Source: a virus (lineage: Duplodnaviria; Caudoviricetes). Taken from it: 55,316 nucleotides of DNA. Made by a program: the position numbers and the translations under genes. The stretch spans positions 1 to 55,316 of IMG/VR virus record IMGVR_UViG_3300037485_000169; one strand, given 5' to 3'. Positions 7,131-17,172 of this stretch are shown piece by piece. How positions within the stretch are numbered: the first letter of the stretch is position 1; the number at the start of each line of letters is the position of its first letter. The notes beneath the pieces were generated by a model. That model was not told where the DNA came from, did no database searches, and saw only the letters and a program-made list of their open reading frames with translations.

Positions 7131-9185
7131 ATGGCAGGTCTTACATTCCTGAGAGTTGTCGGAAACGACGAACTTGCTCGACAAGAGCAGGAGGCGGCAG
7201 ACCGCGCTCTTCAGGATCGACAGAACCAGCCTGTTATCCTCGGCCTGACGGGCTACCTGCGTCAGTGCTGGGATGTGGCCGAGATGGCCAAGCGACCCAT
7301 CGAGCAGATCATGCTCCGGGCCATGCGTCAGCGCAACGGCGAGTATGACGCTGACAAACTTCAGCAGATCAGGAGCCAAGGCGGTTCCGAAATCTATATG
7401 ATGATCACCGAGGTGAAGTGCCGTGCGGCTGAGAGTTGGCTGCGTGACATTCTCCTCGAAGGCGGCGGTCCCCCGTGGGACCTTGACGCTACACCCATTC
7501 CTGATCTGTCACCCGCTCAGTCCGCTGAGGTGCAGAGTGCCTTCGCTGAGAAGGTGCTCGAAATTGTCCAGAACACCGGACAAGCGCCGACCAAGATGCA
7601 GATGCTTGAGCTTCGCGAGATGGTTAGTCAGGACTATCGCTTTGCGATCTTGCGCCAGACCCAGATCAGGGCTGACCGGATGAAGACGAAGATCGAGGAT
7701 CAGTTCGCCCAAGGCGGCTGGGACACGGCGTTCAACGACTTCATCACCGACCTCGTTACATTCCCGGCTGCGTTCATCAAGGGACCGATTGTCCGGCGGC
7801 AGCGTGCACTGGGTTGGAAGACGACCGGCGGTCGCACACGGGTTGAGGCCATTGAGCGCCTTGGTCCTGAGTATGAGCGGGTCGATCCGTTCCGTATCTA
7901 TCCCGAGCCGGGGATCAGTACCCTCAACGAGGGATATGTCTTTGAGCATCATCGTCTGTCACGCACAGAGTTGTCTGATCTTATCGGTGTACCGGGTTAT
8001 GACGACGACGCCATCCGCAAGGTCCTCGATATCGGCAACGGTCAGTCGTGGATCAACGAGGATGTGGAGCTTCAGAAGGACGAGGAAGAACGCAAATACT
8101 ATAGCTATATGCGCCCGACGACCGAGTTCGATGCTCTTGAGTTCTGGGGTAAGGTGAGCGGTAAGATGCTCATCGAGTGGGGAATGAGTGAAGATGAGGT
8201 CCCCGACTCCGCTCGTGAATATGACGCCAATGTCTGGGTTGTGGGTAACTACGTCATCAAGGCGGTTCTGAACTATGACCCGCTGGGTGAGAAGCCTTAC
8301 TCGAAGTCCAGCTTCATCAAGTGCCCCGGTGCATTGTGGGGTAAGGGTATCCCCGAGATTATCGAGGACCTTCAGGGTGTCTGCAACGCAGCCGCTCGTG
8401 CGCTGGTCAACAACATGGGTATCGCCTCTGGGCCGCAGGTCGAGGTTAATCTCGAACGCATCCCGCCCAACGAGGACATCACCCAGCTATCGCCTTGGAA
8501 AATCTGGCAGACGGTCAACGATCCCGTTGGGTCGTCCGCGCCAGCGATCCGTTTCACGCAGCCGGACTCACGCGCTAGTGAGCTTATGGCGGTCTATGAG
8601 AAGTTCTCCAGACTTGCTGATGATCACTCGGGTATTCCGGCCTATGTGTATGGCGACCTGAATGTGCAGGGGGCTGGCCGTACTTCGTCAGGTCTTTCAA
8701 TGCTGATGGGTGCTGCCGGAAAAGGCATACGTCAGGTCGTCATGCACATCGACAGTGACATTGTGAAACCCATCGTCGAGCGCCAGTTCGTGTATAATAT
8801 GCGCTATGACGATGATGAGTCCATTAAGGGCGACGTTGAGGTAGTGGCCAAGGGTGCCATCAACCTCGCGGTCAAGGAGACCGTCAACGTGCGCCGCATC
8901 GAGTTCCTTAACGCAACCGCCAATCCTTTCGACATCGAAATCATTGGTAAGGACGGTCGTGCCGCGATCCTTCGCGAAGTGGCCAAAGGGTTGCAAATGT
9001 CCGTGGATGACGTTGTCCCATCCCGGGAGAAGTCCGTGTATGATCAGCAACAGACGGCGCTCGCAATGGCTGCTATGCCACAGCAGACCCAGCAAGCCCT
9101 ACCTGCCCCGACTGATGCAAGCGGCGCTCCCAAGGGTGGGATGGAAGGAAACACGGTCACTAACCGCGTGAGTGGGGCAGCATGA
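7131..9185 (+). CDS. Portal protein
   Basis: 684 aa; position after terL; WGKGIPE and RTSSGLSMLMGAA motifs typical of podophage portals. Confidence 0.88.
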   Translation: MAGLTFLRVVGNDELARQEQEAADRALQDRQNQPVILGLTGYLRQCWDVAEMAKRPIEQIMLRAMRQRNGEYDADKLQQIRSQGGSEIYMMITEVKCRAAESWLRDILLEGGGPPWDLDATPIPDLSPAQSAEVQSAFAEKVLEIVQNTGQAPTKMQMLELREMVSQDYRFAILRQTQIRADRMKTKIEDQFAQGGWDTAFNDFITDLVTFPAAFIKGPIVRRQRALGWKTTGGRTRVEAIERLGPEYERVDPFRIYPEPGISTLNEGYVFEHHRLSRTELSDLIGVPGYDDDAIRKVLDIGNGQSWINEDVELQKDEEERKYYSYMRPTTEFDALEFWGKVSGKMLIEWGMSEDEVPDSAREYDANVWVVGNYVIKAVLNYDPLGEKPYSKSSFIKCPGALWGKGIPEIIEDLQGVCNAAARALVNNMGIASGPQVEVNLERIPPNEDITQLSPWKIWQTVNDPVGSSAPAIRFTQPDSRASELMAVYEKFSRLADDHSGIPAYVYGDLNVQGAGRTSSGLSMLMGAAGKGIRQVVMHIDSDIVKPIVERQFVYNMRYDDDESIKGDVEVVAKGAINLAVKETVNVRRIEFLNATANPFDIEIIGKDGRAAILREVAKGLQMSVDDVVPSREKSVYDQQQTALAMAAMPQQTQQALPAPTDASGAPKGGMEGNTVTNRVSGAA

Positions 9186-9397
9186 TCCGCCCCGATCCTC
9201 AAGTAGTCAAAGCGCTTGCCGCTACTGTCAGGCAGTTTCCTGTCCTTCTGGACTGGCTGCGTGAATGGGAGATGCAAGAACTCCGCAGGCTGCCGCAAGC
9301 GGTAGACAACACTGGTGTTTTTCAGGGCAGATGCCAAGTGTTGGGTGAACTCACCAAGTTCGCCAATGATGCCCCCAACCTAGCGGCTGATTTATGA
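9182..9397 (+). CDS. Small portal-adjacent protein
   Basis: ATGA overlap; QGR..VL motif; usual position between portal and scaffold. Confidence 0.75.
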   Translation: MIRPDPQVVKALAATVRQFPVLLDWLREWEMQELRRLPQAVDNTGVFQGRCQVLGELTKFANDAPNLAADL

Positions 9398-9433
9398 GCC
9401 GACTAATCAAGCTCACAGATTGGAGCAATTAAC

Positions 9434-10462
9434 ATGGCAATTCCAGCGCAAGTTCGTAAGCAGTCCGAAGCCGTACAGGAACTGTACAAGCAGCTTAATG
9501 GCGATCCAACCCCGGCAGGTGAAGACCAGACCGAGGACGAGGCCGTAGGTAGCGAAGACATGGACCAATCGGCTGACGAGAGTGTCAGCGAGGATGCCGC
9601 TCAAGCACCGGGAGGCGAGCACACTACCGGTGCGTCAGATACGGAAGATGAAAACTCTGACACCTATGCTCAGAGATGGCGTTCCCTACAGGGTTCGTAC
9701 AATGCGACGGTTCGGCAGAAGTCCGAGCTTGAGCAACGTGTACAGCAGATGGAGCAGTTACTAGCTACGCTCTCGCAGTCGCAGTCATCCACGCCGGAGC
9801 AAACTGAGAAGGAGGCAGAGCCTGTGCGCTATGTCACCGATCAGGAAGCCAGCGAGTATGGCGAGTCGATTGATGTGATGCGCAAGGTAAGTCGCGAGGA
9901 ACTTGTCCCCGTGGCCCAACGCCTTGCTCAGATCGAGGGTCTCCTCCAGCAGATGCAGGCAACGGTGGTACCGCAAGTTCAAGCGGTGTCGCAGCGTCAG
10001 CAAGTGTCGGCGGAACAGCAGTTCTGGGCTGATCTGACTAACTACGTACCCAATTGGCGAGATGTTAACGACGACGATGGTTTTCAGGCATGGCTTCTGG
10101 AAACCGACCCGCTTACCGGCGGAAATCGTCAGAACTATCTCGAAGACGCGCAACGCTCTCTCGATGCCCATCGGGTGAGCGCATTCTTCCGGACTTGGCT
10201 TGAGACCACTGGACAAGCCCCTGTTGCTCAATCCTCTCCTAACCCTGCTATCGAGCTTGAAAAGCAGGTTGTTCCCGGTCGCTCACGCGGCACTGGTTCA
10301 GCCTCTGCCAAGCAGCCCAAGACCTACTCGCCTGACGACATCAAGAAGTTCTTCGATGACGTTCGGACTGGTAAGTACAAGGGTCGTGAACAGGATCGGA
10401 GCCGTATCGAACGCGACATCTTTACCGCGCAGCGGGAAGGTCGTATTACTGTCAATGCTTGA
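9434..10462 (+). CDS. Probable capsid scaffolding protein
   Basis: Acidic N-terminus, coiled coil, C-terminal IFTAQREGRI; immediately upstream of the capsid gene. Confidence 0.75.
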   Translation: MAIPAQVRKQSEAVQELYKQLNGDPTPAGEDQTEDEAVGSEDMDQSADESVSEDAAQAPGGEHTTGASDTEDENSDTYAQRWRSLQGSYNATVRQKSELEQRVQQMEQLLATLSQSQSSTPEQTEKEAEPVRYVTDQEASEYGESIDVMRKVSREELVPVAQRLAQIEGLLQQMQATVVPQVQAVSQRQQVSAEQQFWADLTNYVPNWRDVNDDDGFQAWLLETDPLTGGNRQNYLEDAQRSLDAHRVSAFFRTWLETTGQAPVAQSSPNPAIELEKQVVPGRSRGTGSASAKQPKTYSPDDIKKFFDDVRTGKYKGREQDRSRIERDIFTAQREGRITVNA

Positions 10463-10478
10463 TTAGAAAGTTTTTATC

Positions 10479-11402
10479 ATGTCGTATCCTGTTTCTCCCG
10501 GTCGTCCGAATTACTCGGGCAACTTCATCCCCGAAATCTGGTCGGGCAAACTGATCGAAAATTTCTACGACGCCACCGTGCTCGCAGCAATTTCGAACAC
10601 CGACTATGAAGGTGAAATCCGCCAGTATGGCGACACCGTCAACATCCGCACCACGCCGGAAATCACGATCCGTGACTATGTCAAGGGTCAGAGCCTGACG
10701 GTTGAAAACCCGGACAAGCCGAAGCTCCAGCTTGTCATCGACAAGGGCGAATACTTTGCCTGCGTCGAAGACGACGTAGATAAGGTTCAGTCGGACATCA
10801 ACCTGATGGACACTTGGTCGAAGGACGCTTCCGAGCGCATGAAGATCAAGATCGACCAGCGCGTCCTGACCGACCTGCTGCCGGACATCGCTGCAACCAA
10901 CAAGGGCGCAACTGCTGGTGAGCAGTCGGCTTCGTTCAACCTCGGTACGACCGGCGCTCCGCTGACCGTCACCAAGGACGGCGCTGGCGGCACCACTTCG
11001 GTGATCGACCTGATCGTCGACATGGGCACCGTCCTCGACGAAGCAAATGCTCCTGAAGCTGACCGCTTCCTCGTCATTCCCGCCAAGATGGCTGGTCTGA
11101 TCAAGAAGTCGGAACTGAAGGACGCTTCGCTGACCGGCGACAGCCAGTCGATTGTCCGCAATGGCCGTCTCGGCATGGTTGACCGGTTCACTCTCTATGT
11201 GAGCCACAACCTGTACGTGTCTTCGGGCAAGTACAACATCATCTCGGGCCACAAGATGGGCTTCACCTTTGCCTCGCAGATGACCAACATGGAAACCATC
11301 CGCTCTGAAACGACCTTCGGTAACATCATCCGTGGTCTTCAGGTGTATGGCTACAAGGTCGTCAAGGGCGAAGCGCTCTCGACCGCTGTGGTTCAGTTCT
11401 GA
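10479..11402 (+). CDS. Major capsid protein (P22 coat-like, HK97 fold)
   Basis: FIPEIWS, YEGEI..GDTVNI, RGLQVYG motifs; strongly biased codons. Confidence 0.92.
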   Translation: MSYPVSPGRPNYSGNFIPEIWSGKLIENFYDATVLAAISNTDYEGEIRQYGDTVNIRTTPEITIRDYVKGQSLTVENPDKPKLQLVIDKGEYFACVEDDVDKVQSDINLMDTWSKDASERMKIKIDQRVLTDLLPDIAATNKGATAGEQSASFNLGTTGAPLTVTKDGAGGTTSVIDLIVDMGTVLDEANAPEADRFLVIPAKMAGLIKKSELKDASLTGDSQSIVRNGRLGMVDRFTLYVSHNLYVSSGKYNIISGHKMGFTFASQMTNMETIRSETTFGNIIRGLQVYGYKVVKGEALSTAVVQF

Positions 11403-11406
11403 TTTT

Positions 11407-11430
11407 GATGGGGGGCTACGGCCCCCTGTC
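11407..11430 (+). other. Intergenic hairpin with C(UACG)G loop after capsid gene
   Basis: GGGGGC-TACG-GCCCCC; no long U tract. Confidence 0.7.
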
Positions 11431-11450
11431 TTGCTCGAAAGGTTTTTAAA

Positions 11451-11903
11451 ATGGCTGCTTATACTGACTCTCTCGGCTTCAATAAGGGTACTGCTGCGTA
11501 TCCGGACACTGCATGTGTCTACAAGTTTGAAGTCGAACTCGACTTTGCTGCGATTGTCGCGGCGCGTGCTGCTGCTGGTGCCACGGCTCTGGCTGCTACC
11601 GACACCCTTCAGGTGATTAGCCTCCCGGCTTATTCGGTGGTTCTCGCTGCTGGTCTGAACGTCGTCTCGGCGGAAACGACCAACACGACTGCGACGTTTG
11701 ACTTCGGTTATACCGGCGGTTCGCCTGCTGCTGCCAACGTGTACTGCGACGACCTTGCGTCGAACGCTGTAGCGATGGACTCGGACAACCTTGCTAACCC
11801 CACGGTTATCAAGACGGCTGACACCATTGACCTTCTCCTCAACACTGCGGTTCCGGCCAACGCTGTTGTGAAGGCATGGGCTATCGTCGCTAACTGCGCT
11901 TAA
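11451..11903 (+). CDS. Probable capsid decoration/cement protein
   Basis: 150 aa, Ala/Thr-rich beta-type sequence right after the capsid gene. Confidence 0.55.
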   Translation: MAAYTDSLGFNKGTAAYPDTACVYKFEVELDFAAIVAARAAAGATALAATDTLQVISLPAYSVVLAAGLNVVSAETTNTTATFDFGYTGGSPAAANVYCDDLASNAVAMDSDNLANPTVIKTADTIDLLLNTAVPANAVVKAWAIVANCA

Positions 11904-11973
11904 TAGTTTGGGGCTGCTGGCTGGATTGGGGGTTCCCGGTCGGAAGGCAGCCCCTCCTTCTTAGGAGGTTATC

Positions 11974-12288
11974 ATGGGTGTTTATCGCGGTATTACTCAG
12001 GACAATGTGACTATTCAGGGCGGCACGCTCTACAACGTCACGCTGTCCGGCGCTACGCTTGGCGGCACGCTCACTGGCAATGTCGATGCGACCACTGGTT
12101 ATATCCAGCTTCGCACCAACACGGCTGCTGAGATCGGTGCCATTGGCAACGCAGTCAACACGGTCGGCAAGGCTGCCGGGACTATCGTCTTCGATACGAC
12201 CAACAGTCGTCTGATGATTGCTACTGGTGCCAACGCGAACTCGACTTGGGTTCGTGCTGATGGTTCAAACGCCGTCACCCCGGCGTAA
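11974..12288 (+). CDS. Virion structural protein, head fibre-like
   Basis: AGGAGG RBS; Gly/Thr-rich; GTIVFDTT...W motif. Confidence 0.55.
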   Translation: MGVYRGITQDNVTIQGGTLYNVTLSGATLGGTLTGNVDATTGYIQLRTNTAAEIGAIGNAVNTVGKAAGTIVFDTTNSRLMIATGANANSTWVRADGSNAVTPA

Positions 12289-12329
12289 CGGATGGGGGCC
12301 TTGTGCCCCCATCAACATAGGATAGAGAT

Positions 12330-14108
12330 ATGGCTGGCAAACGCATTCCCGACCTTGATCCGCTTTCTGGCGCAGCATCTGCGAACGACGATAAGCTCGT
12401 CATCTACGATAGCTCGACGACATCGACGAAGCGCATCGACCGGTCACAACTTGCCGCTGGCCTTGTAGGCGATCTCCCCTACACCCCTTCAGGTGGCATC
12501 TCTGCCACGACCATCCCGACTGCCATCGCAGAACTGGATAGCGAAGCTGCCAAGTCGGCTACGCTTGCTGCATCTGGCGGTGCTGCGCTGATTGGTAATA
12601 CTCCAGCAGGCACAATTGCAGCTACGACAGTTCAGGGTGCGATCAACGAGATCGTCAGCGACTTAGCGGCGTCCTCTGGTTCATCACTCGTCGGTCACAT
12701 TGCAACAGGCACTGGCGCAACCGCACGCACGGTGCAGAGCAAGTTGCGTGATATCGTTTCGGTTAAGGACTTCGGCGCTGACCCGACGGGTGTTGCAGAT
12801 AGCGCAGCAGCTATTCAAGCCGCTTTTGACGCGTGCCCAAGCGGCGGATCGGTTGTTTTTTCTGCCGGAACTTACACTGTTGGTTCTACGCTGACTATCG
12901 GGCAAGATAACATCGTAATTGACGGCCAAAACGCTACAATCTTAGCCAAAAACGCGACTAATTTTGAGTTTGTGCTTGTCGGCACAGGGCGCAGTAATGT
13001 TCAGGTGCGAAACATCCGCATTAACGCCAACAAGGCTGGGCGCTCGTCCGGGCAAAATATACGGTTTATGGGTGCTGCATTTATCGACAGCACGGACTGC
13101 ACGTTTAACAATGTATATGTCGAAAACGCTAGGGGCTATAGCTCCATCCCCGGTGTGGGGCTTGCGATTGGCGGCGTTTCAGTTCGGTGCAAAATTGAGA
13201 ACTGCACCGCTGCAAACTGCGGAGATGCTGGCGGCACCGCTGCTGACGGATATTTTACGTCCGGCGAGTCCAACCTCATAATCGGAAGCCTTGCTGTTAA
13301 TTGCACGGATACCGGCTTTGTTATCGAAAGTTCTAACGCTTCGGGTATTAGCGGTTGCATTGCAAGAAGCTGCAATGCTGGCGCAGCAATCACTAACGCT
13401 GTTAACGACGACAAATACGGAAATTTTATCTCTGGCCTAACGGTTCTTGACTGGAATAGTTCAGTGACGGGCGGCATCCAAATTGGCTGCCCTGTTAGCA
13501 CTACCACCGGCGCGCTATATGATACAGTGGTATCTGATGTCACTGTGGTTGCCGTGGCTGTCGGCAAAGGGACTGGGCCTGCAATTAACATCCGCAAGAC
13601 CGGCACGCCAAAAACCGTCAGGCTAACACTAAACAACATCCGCATCCGGGGCGCTTCAACGCAGGGGATTTTGGTCGATGGTGACCAAGTATCCATTCGC
13701 GGTTGCGATATTTCGGGTACAACCGCTGCTTGTATCCAGTTTGCAACTGGTAGCGTCACCAATTTTGTCAGCGGCTGCACGATGATCGGCGGCAGCTTTG
13801 GCATTGCTACACAAGGTACTTCGATAGTCACAGCAGAAGCCAATTTAATGAACAGCCAAACGCAGTGGGGGATTTTCGCGTTTGATACGTCGACCGTAAA
13901 TTCTATGTTTAATATCGTGCAGTCACCCGGCGTTAACTTTTTTGGTAAAGACGTGGGCGCTGCGTTGAATTTAGTTGGCGCGATTGCAAACGATTTATCG
14001 GTCAACAACGCCGCAGGCTCGGCAACGTCTGGGTCAATCGTGAATAAATTTGTTGTAACTGACCGGAACGGAACACCATTAGGGTTTGTTCCAGTTTACA
14101 ACACCTAA
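12330..14108 (+). CDS. Tailspike 1 with predicted beta-helix (pectate lyase-like)
   Basis: RTVQSKLRDIVSVKDFGA...DSAAAIQAA neck motif followed by beta-helix-like repeats. Confidence 0.8.
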   Translation: MAGKRIPDLDPLSGAASANDDKLVIYDSSTTSTKRIDRSQLAAGLVGDLPYTPSGGISATTIPTAIAELDSEAAKSATLAASGGAALIGNTPAGTIAATTVQGAINEIVSDLAASSGSSLVGHIATGTGATARTVQSKLRDIVSVKDFGADPTGVADSAAAIQAAFDACPSGGSVVFSAGTYTVGSTLTIGQDNIVIDGQNATILAKNATNFEFVLVGTGRSNVQVRNIRINANKAGRSSGQNIRFMGAAFIDSTDCTFNNVYVENARGYSSIPGVGLAIGGVSVRCKIENCTAANCGDAGGTAADGYFTSGESNLIIGSLAVNCTDTGFVIESSNASGISGCIARSCNAGAAITNAVNDDKYGNFISGLTVLDWNSSVTGGIQIGCPVSTTTGALYDTVVSDVTVVAVAVGKGTGPAINIRKTGTPKTVRLTLNNIRIRGASTQGILVDGDQVSIRGCDISGTTAACIQFATGSVTNFVSGCTMIGGSFGIATQGTSIVTAEANLMNSQTQWGIFAFDTSTVNSMFNIVQSPGVNFFGKDVGAALNLVGAIANDLSVNNAAGSATSGSIVNKFVVTDRNGTPLGFVPVYNT

Positions 14109-14138
14109 CGATATTGCCGTGATTTAAGGACCTAACCA

Positions 14139-15242
14139 ATGCCAACTAACCTCACAGGCTCGCAGATCAACAGCACGTATGATCAGTTGCTGCATATCGA
14201 TGGCGGTCCGATTGCGTCTGAGCAGATAGTCTACAGCGGCACGGGTGTGGCGACAGCCCTGAAGCTCGGCACTGTGTCTGCCTCGGTGGACAACATCCAG
14301 TTCAACGGCAACACCATCTCGACGCTGGATAGCGGCAACCTAATCCTAACTCCCGGTGGGACGGCTACGGTCAACATCTCACGCGCTGCCATCACTGGCG
14401 GTTCGATCACGGGGATCACTGACATCGCCATCGCTGACGGCGGCACGGGTGCTTCAGACGCCACGACTGCCCGGTCCAACCTCGGCCTTGGTTCTATCGC
14501 CACGCAGAACTCGAACAACGTCACCATCACGGGTGGCGCGATCTCAGGCGTGACCTTCACCGGATCGTTCTCGGGGGTCACGTCTATTGAGTCCGGCACA
14601 TTCGCTACCAGCGCCGCAGCCGCAGGATGTAACCTGAACGGCAACACGCTTGCTGCTGATGGGACCGACACGAACATCGACATCAACATTACCCCGAAAG
14701 GGACCGGTGAAGTCAACGTCACCAACATCGATGTTCTAAGCGGAAAGGTTCCGTTCAGCACAATCACCAACCGGGCATATGCTTCATTCTCGGACATTAC
14801 CGACCAGACGGGTAGCACAACTGTCCCAGCCGCTGTGAAGTTTGGCACGGTTGAAATCGCTGGCTTGGGCATCACGGTAGTTACGGACGGCACTAACCTC
14901 ACTCGCCTGACGTTTGCTGCGGCGGGTACATATGCCCTGACGCCAAACCTACAATTGACCAACACGGACACCAACGACCACGACGTAACAATTTGGTTTG
15001 CGTTGAACGGCACGAATATCACCCGGTCAGCGACGAAGATTACTGTGCCGAAATCCACTGATGGCGGTAACATGTTCTTCCAAATCTCGTTCTATGTAAC
15101 CGTGACAGCAGGGCAATATGTCCAGCTATATTGGCTTCCGGAGAACACCGCAGTTTCGCTTGACCACACTGCTGCGGTCGTTGGACCCCCGGCAATCCCT
15201 GCTATTCCATCAGCAATCATGTCGGTCGAAAGGATCGCGTAA
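14139..15242 (+). CDS. Tail/virion fibre protein
   Basis: DIAIADGGTGAS...ARSNLGL and ITGG repeats typical of fibres. Confidence 0.7.
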   Translation: MPTNLTGSQINSTYDQLLHIDGGPIASEQIVYSGTGVATALKLGTVSASVDNIQFNGNTISTLDSGNLILTPGGTATVNISRAAITGGSITGITDIAIADGGTGASDATTARSNLGLGSIATQNSNNVTITGGAISGVTFTGSFSGVTSIESGTFATSAAAAGCNLNGNTLAADGTDTNIDINITPKGTGEVNVTNIDVLSGKVPFSTITNRAYASFSDITDQTGSTTVPAAVKFGTVEIAGLGITVVTDGTNLTRLTFAAAGTYALTPNLQLTNTDTNDHDVTIWFALNGTNITRSATKITVPKSTDGGNMFFQISFYVTVTAGQYVQLYWLPENTAVSLDHTAAVVGPPAIPAIPSAIMSVERIA

Positions 15243-15496
15243 TGGCTAAAACTCCTGCGTGGCAACGGAAAGAAGGTAAGTCCGAAAAAGGCGGCCTGAA
15301 CGCCAAGGGACGCGCTTCCTATAACAAGGCTAACCCGGGCAAGCCCGGCCTCAAACCTCCGCAGCCTGAAGGTGGTCCGCGCAAGAAGTCATTCTGCTCG
15401 AGAATGGAAGGCATGAAGAAGAAACTCACCTCGGCGAAGACGGCCAACGATCCGAACAGCCGCATCAATAAATCACTCCGTGCGTGGAAGTGCTGA
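15242..15496 (+). CDS. Small basic protein (DUF6321-like)
   Basis: GGLNAKGRASY...RKKSFCSRM...SLRAWKC. Confidence 0.75.
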   Translation: MAKTPAWQRKEGKSEKGGLNAKGRASYNKANPGKPGLKPPQPEGGPRKKSFCSRMEGMKKKLTSAKTANDPNSRINKSLRAWKC

Positions 15497-15497
15497 G

Positions 15498-15665
15498 ATG
15501 GCCAGTCCCAAACCAACCAATCCGTCGCTATGGTCGAGGGTCAAGGCGCAAGCCAAGACCAAGTTCGACGTATATCCTAGTGCCTACGCAAACGCTTGGG
15601 CTGCCAAGGAATACAAGAAGCGCGGCGGCGGTTGGAAGGGTCCAGACAACCGGGTGAAGAAATGA
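15498..15665 (+). CDS. Small basic protein
   Basis: MASPKPTNPSLW...YPSAYA...YKKRGGGW; ATG 1 nt after the upstream stop. Confidence 0.75.
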   Translation: MASPKPTNPSLWSRVKAQAKTKFDVYPSAYANAWAAKEYKKRGGGWKGPDNRVKK

Positions 15666-15895
15666 GCAAGGGCGGCCTCGGCAAATGGTTCGGCGAGAAG
15701 TGGGTCGATGTAAAGACCGGCAAGCCTTGCGGTCGATCAGGTGCTGAGAAGTCCAGCCGTGGATATCCTGCGTGCCGCCCGGAAGCGGCTGCGAAAAAAC
15801 TAACTACTTCGGAACGCAAAACTATGGCAGCAAAGAAGTCCGGCCCGGCGCGTCAGTCGTGGCCGGTGTCGCCATCTGGCAAAAGGAAGAAGTGA
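15662..15895 (+). CDS. Small basic protein (DUF5872-like)
   Basis: GLGKWFGEKWVDVKTGKPCGR...YPACRP; ATGA overlap. Confidence 0.75.
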   Translation: MSKGGLGKWFGEKWVDVKTGKPCGRSGAEKSSRGYPACRPEAAAKKLTTSERKTMAAKKSGPARQSWPVSPSGKRKK

Positions 15896-15896
15896 T

Positions 15897-16064
15897 ATGG
15901 CTAAGAAACCCAACAAGGTGGCTGTCGTCATGGGAGAATTTAAGCGTGGTACGCTCCACGCTGGACGTGATCCCAAGGGTCCGAAGAAGGCACCCGTCGT
16001 TAAATCCCGCAAGCAGGCCATAGCTATCGCACTCAGCGAAGCTGGCAAATCGAAGAAGAAATAG
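15897..16064 (+). CDS. Small basic protein (DUF6496-like)
   Basis: Manual translation, 55 aa: KVAVVMGEFKRGTLH...VKSRKQAIAIALSEAG; below the ORF-track cutoff. Confidence 0.8.
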   Translation: MAKKPNKVAVVMGEFKRGTLHAGRDPKGPKKAPVVKSRKQAIAIALSEAGKSKKK

Positions 16065-16076
16065 GAGGATATTCAA

Positions 16077-16238
16077 ATGCCCGCATACAAAGGAACCAAG
16101 AAGCTGTACACCGCTGGCACCGTCAAGGCGGAGAAAGCAGCTAAAGCTAATCGTGATCCGGCTCGCGCAGCGCGTGCTGAGGAAATCCTGAAGAAGGAAG
16201 GCACCACGTATATAGGCGGTGGCCGACCCAAGCGGTAA
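16077..16238 (+). CDS. Small basic protein
   Basis: Manual translation, 53 aa: MPAYKGTKKLY...GGGRPKR; AGGAGG RBS. Confidence 0.75.
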   Translation: MPAYKGTKKLYTAGTVKAEKAAKANRDPARAARAEEILKKEGTTYIGGGRPKR

Positions 16239-16249
16239 AGGAAGAAACA

Positions 16250-16531
16250 ATGGAAGAGAAACTCTATATCCGCGTCAAGGCTGACGGGTTCATCTATGAG
16301 TATAACGAGCGTATGGCGGTTCATCCTGCCTGCGAAGTGATCTCCGAAGAGGAAGCATATCCTGAGCGGTTCATCACTCCCATGGTAGCTGAGAAGATCG
16401 AAGCTATCGCCAAACCCAAGCGTGCAAGAAAGGCACGTAAGGGCCTCGATCTTACTACTGACATTCCCGCAGAACCTGTGTATACTGATCCCGAACTAGC
16501 TGCTGAGGCTGTACGGGGTTGGCCTGAATGA
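16250..16531 (+). CDS. Hypothetical protein
   Basis: 93-aa ORF with AAGGA RBS, coupled to the next gene. Confidence 0.75.
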   Translation: MEEKLYIRVKADGFIYEYNERMAVHPACEVISEEEAYPERFITPMVAEKIEAIAKPKRARKARKGLDLTTDIPAEPVYTDPELAAEAVRGWPE

Positions 16532-17172
16532 CACCTGCGGATATCATCGCTGAAGCACGAGTACTTATTCAGGACTCGCGGACCCCGTATCGCTATAGCG
16601 ACACGGTACTGTTGGGCTTCGTCAATCAGACGCTGCGCCGCATGTCGATCCTGCGACCTGATCTGTTCTTGGTCATCGGTGATATCCCCACAACCGCAAA
16701 CACGGTTATCCAGAGTTGTCCTAGCGACTCGCTGCGTTTGGTCGAGATTTTCCAGATCAAGAACGGTGACGCTGTCACTGAGGTCAATCGGGAAGTTCTC
16801 GACCAGATGAGTCCCGGGTGGGTCAACGAAGCGGCAGGTACGCCGCTGAACTTCATGCGGCACGTCCGCAACCCCAATAAGTTCTTTCTGTACCCTCGTC
16901 CTGCGACGGGGGTTATCCTCGTTGGGGAATATGCTCAGGTGCCTCCGGCCTACACGCTGAACCAGACAGTTGCGGCGCTCCCTGATGCCTACCTCCCTGT
17001 GGCTGCGGACGGCGTCGTGTTCCTCGCCGAGTCGGTCGATAACGAGCATGTCAACTCAGGCCGGGCCAAACTGTTCCAAGACTCATTCAACCAGACGCTG
17101 GCGGCAGGTCTCCAGACCCGGACCATTACCGACACAGAGGACGCTGGGCTTAACCCGAGGCAGGTGATCTGA
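16528..17172 (+). CDS. Probable head-tail adaptor
   Basis: I..AR.LIQD...RYSD..LL.FVN...RPD N-terminus and FFLYP motif. Confidence 0.65.
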   Translation: MTPADIIAEARVLIQDSRTPYRYSDTVLLGFVNQTLRRMSILRPDLFLVIGDIPTTANTVIQSCPSDSLRLVEIFQIKNGDAVTEVNREVLDQMSPGWVNEAAGTPLNFMRHVRNPNKFFLYPRPATGVILVGEYAQVPPAYTLNQTVAALPDAYLPVAADGVVFLAESVDNEHVNSGRAKLFQDSFNQTLAAGLQTRTITDTEDAGLNPRQVI

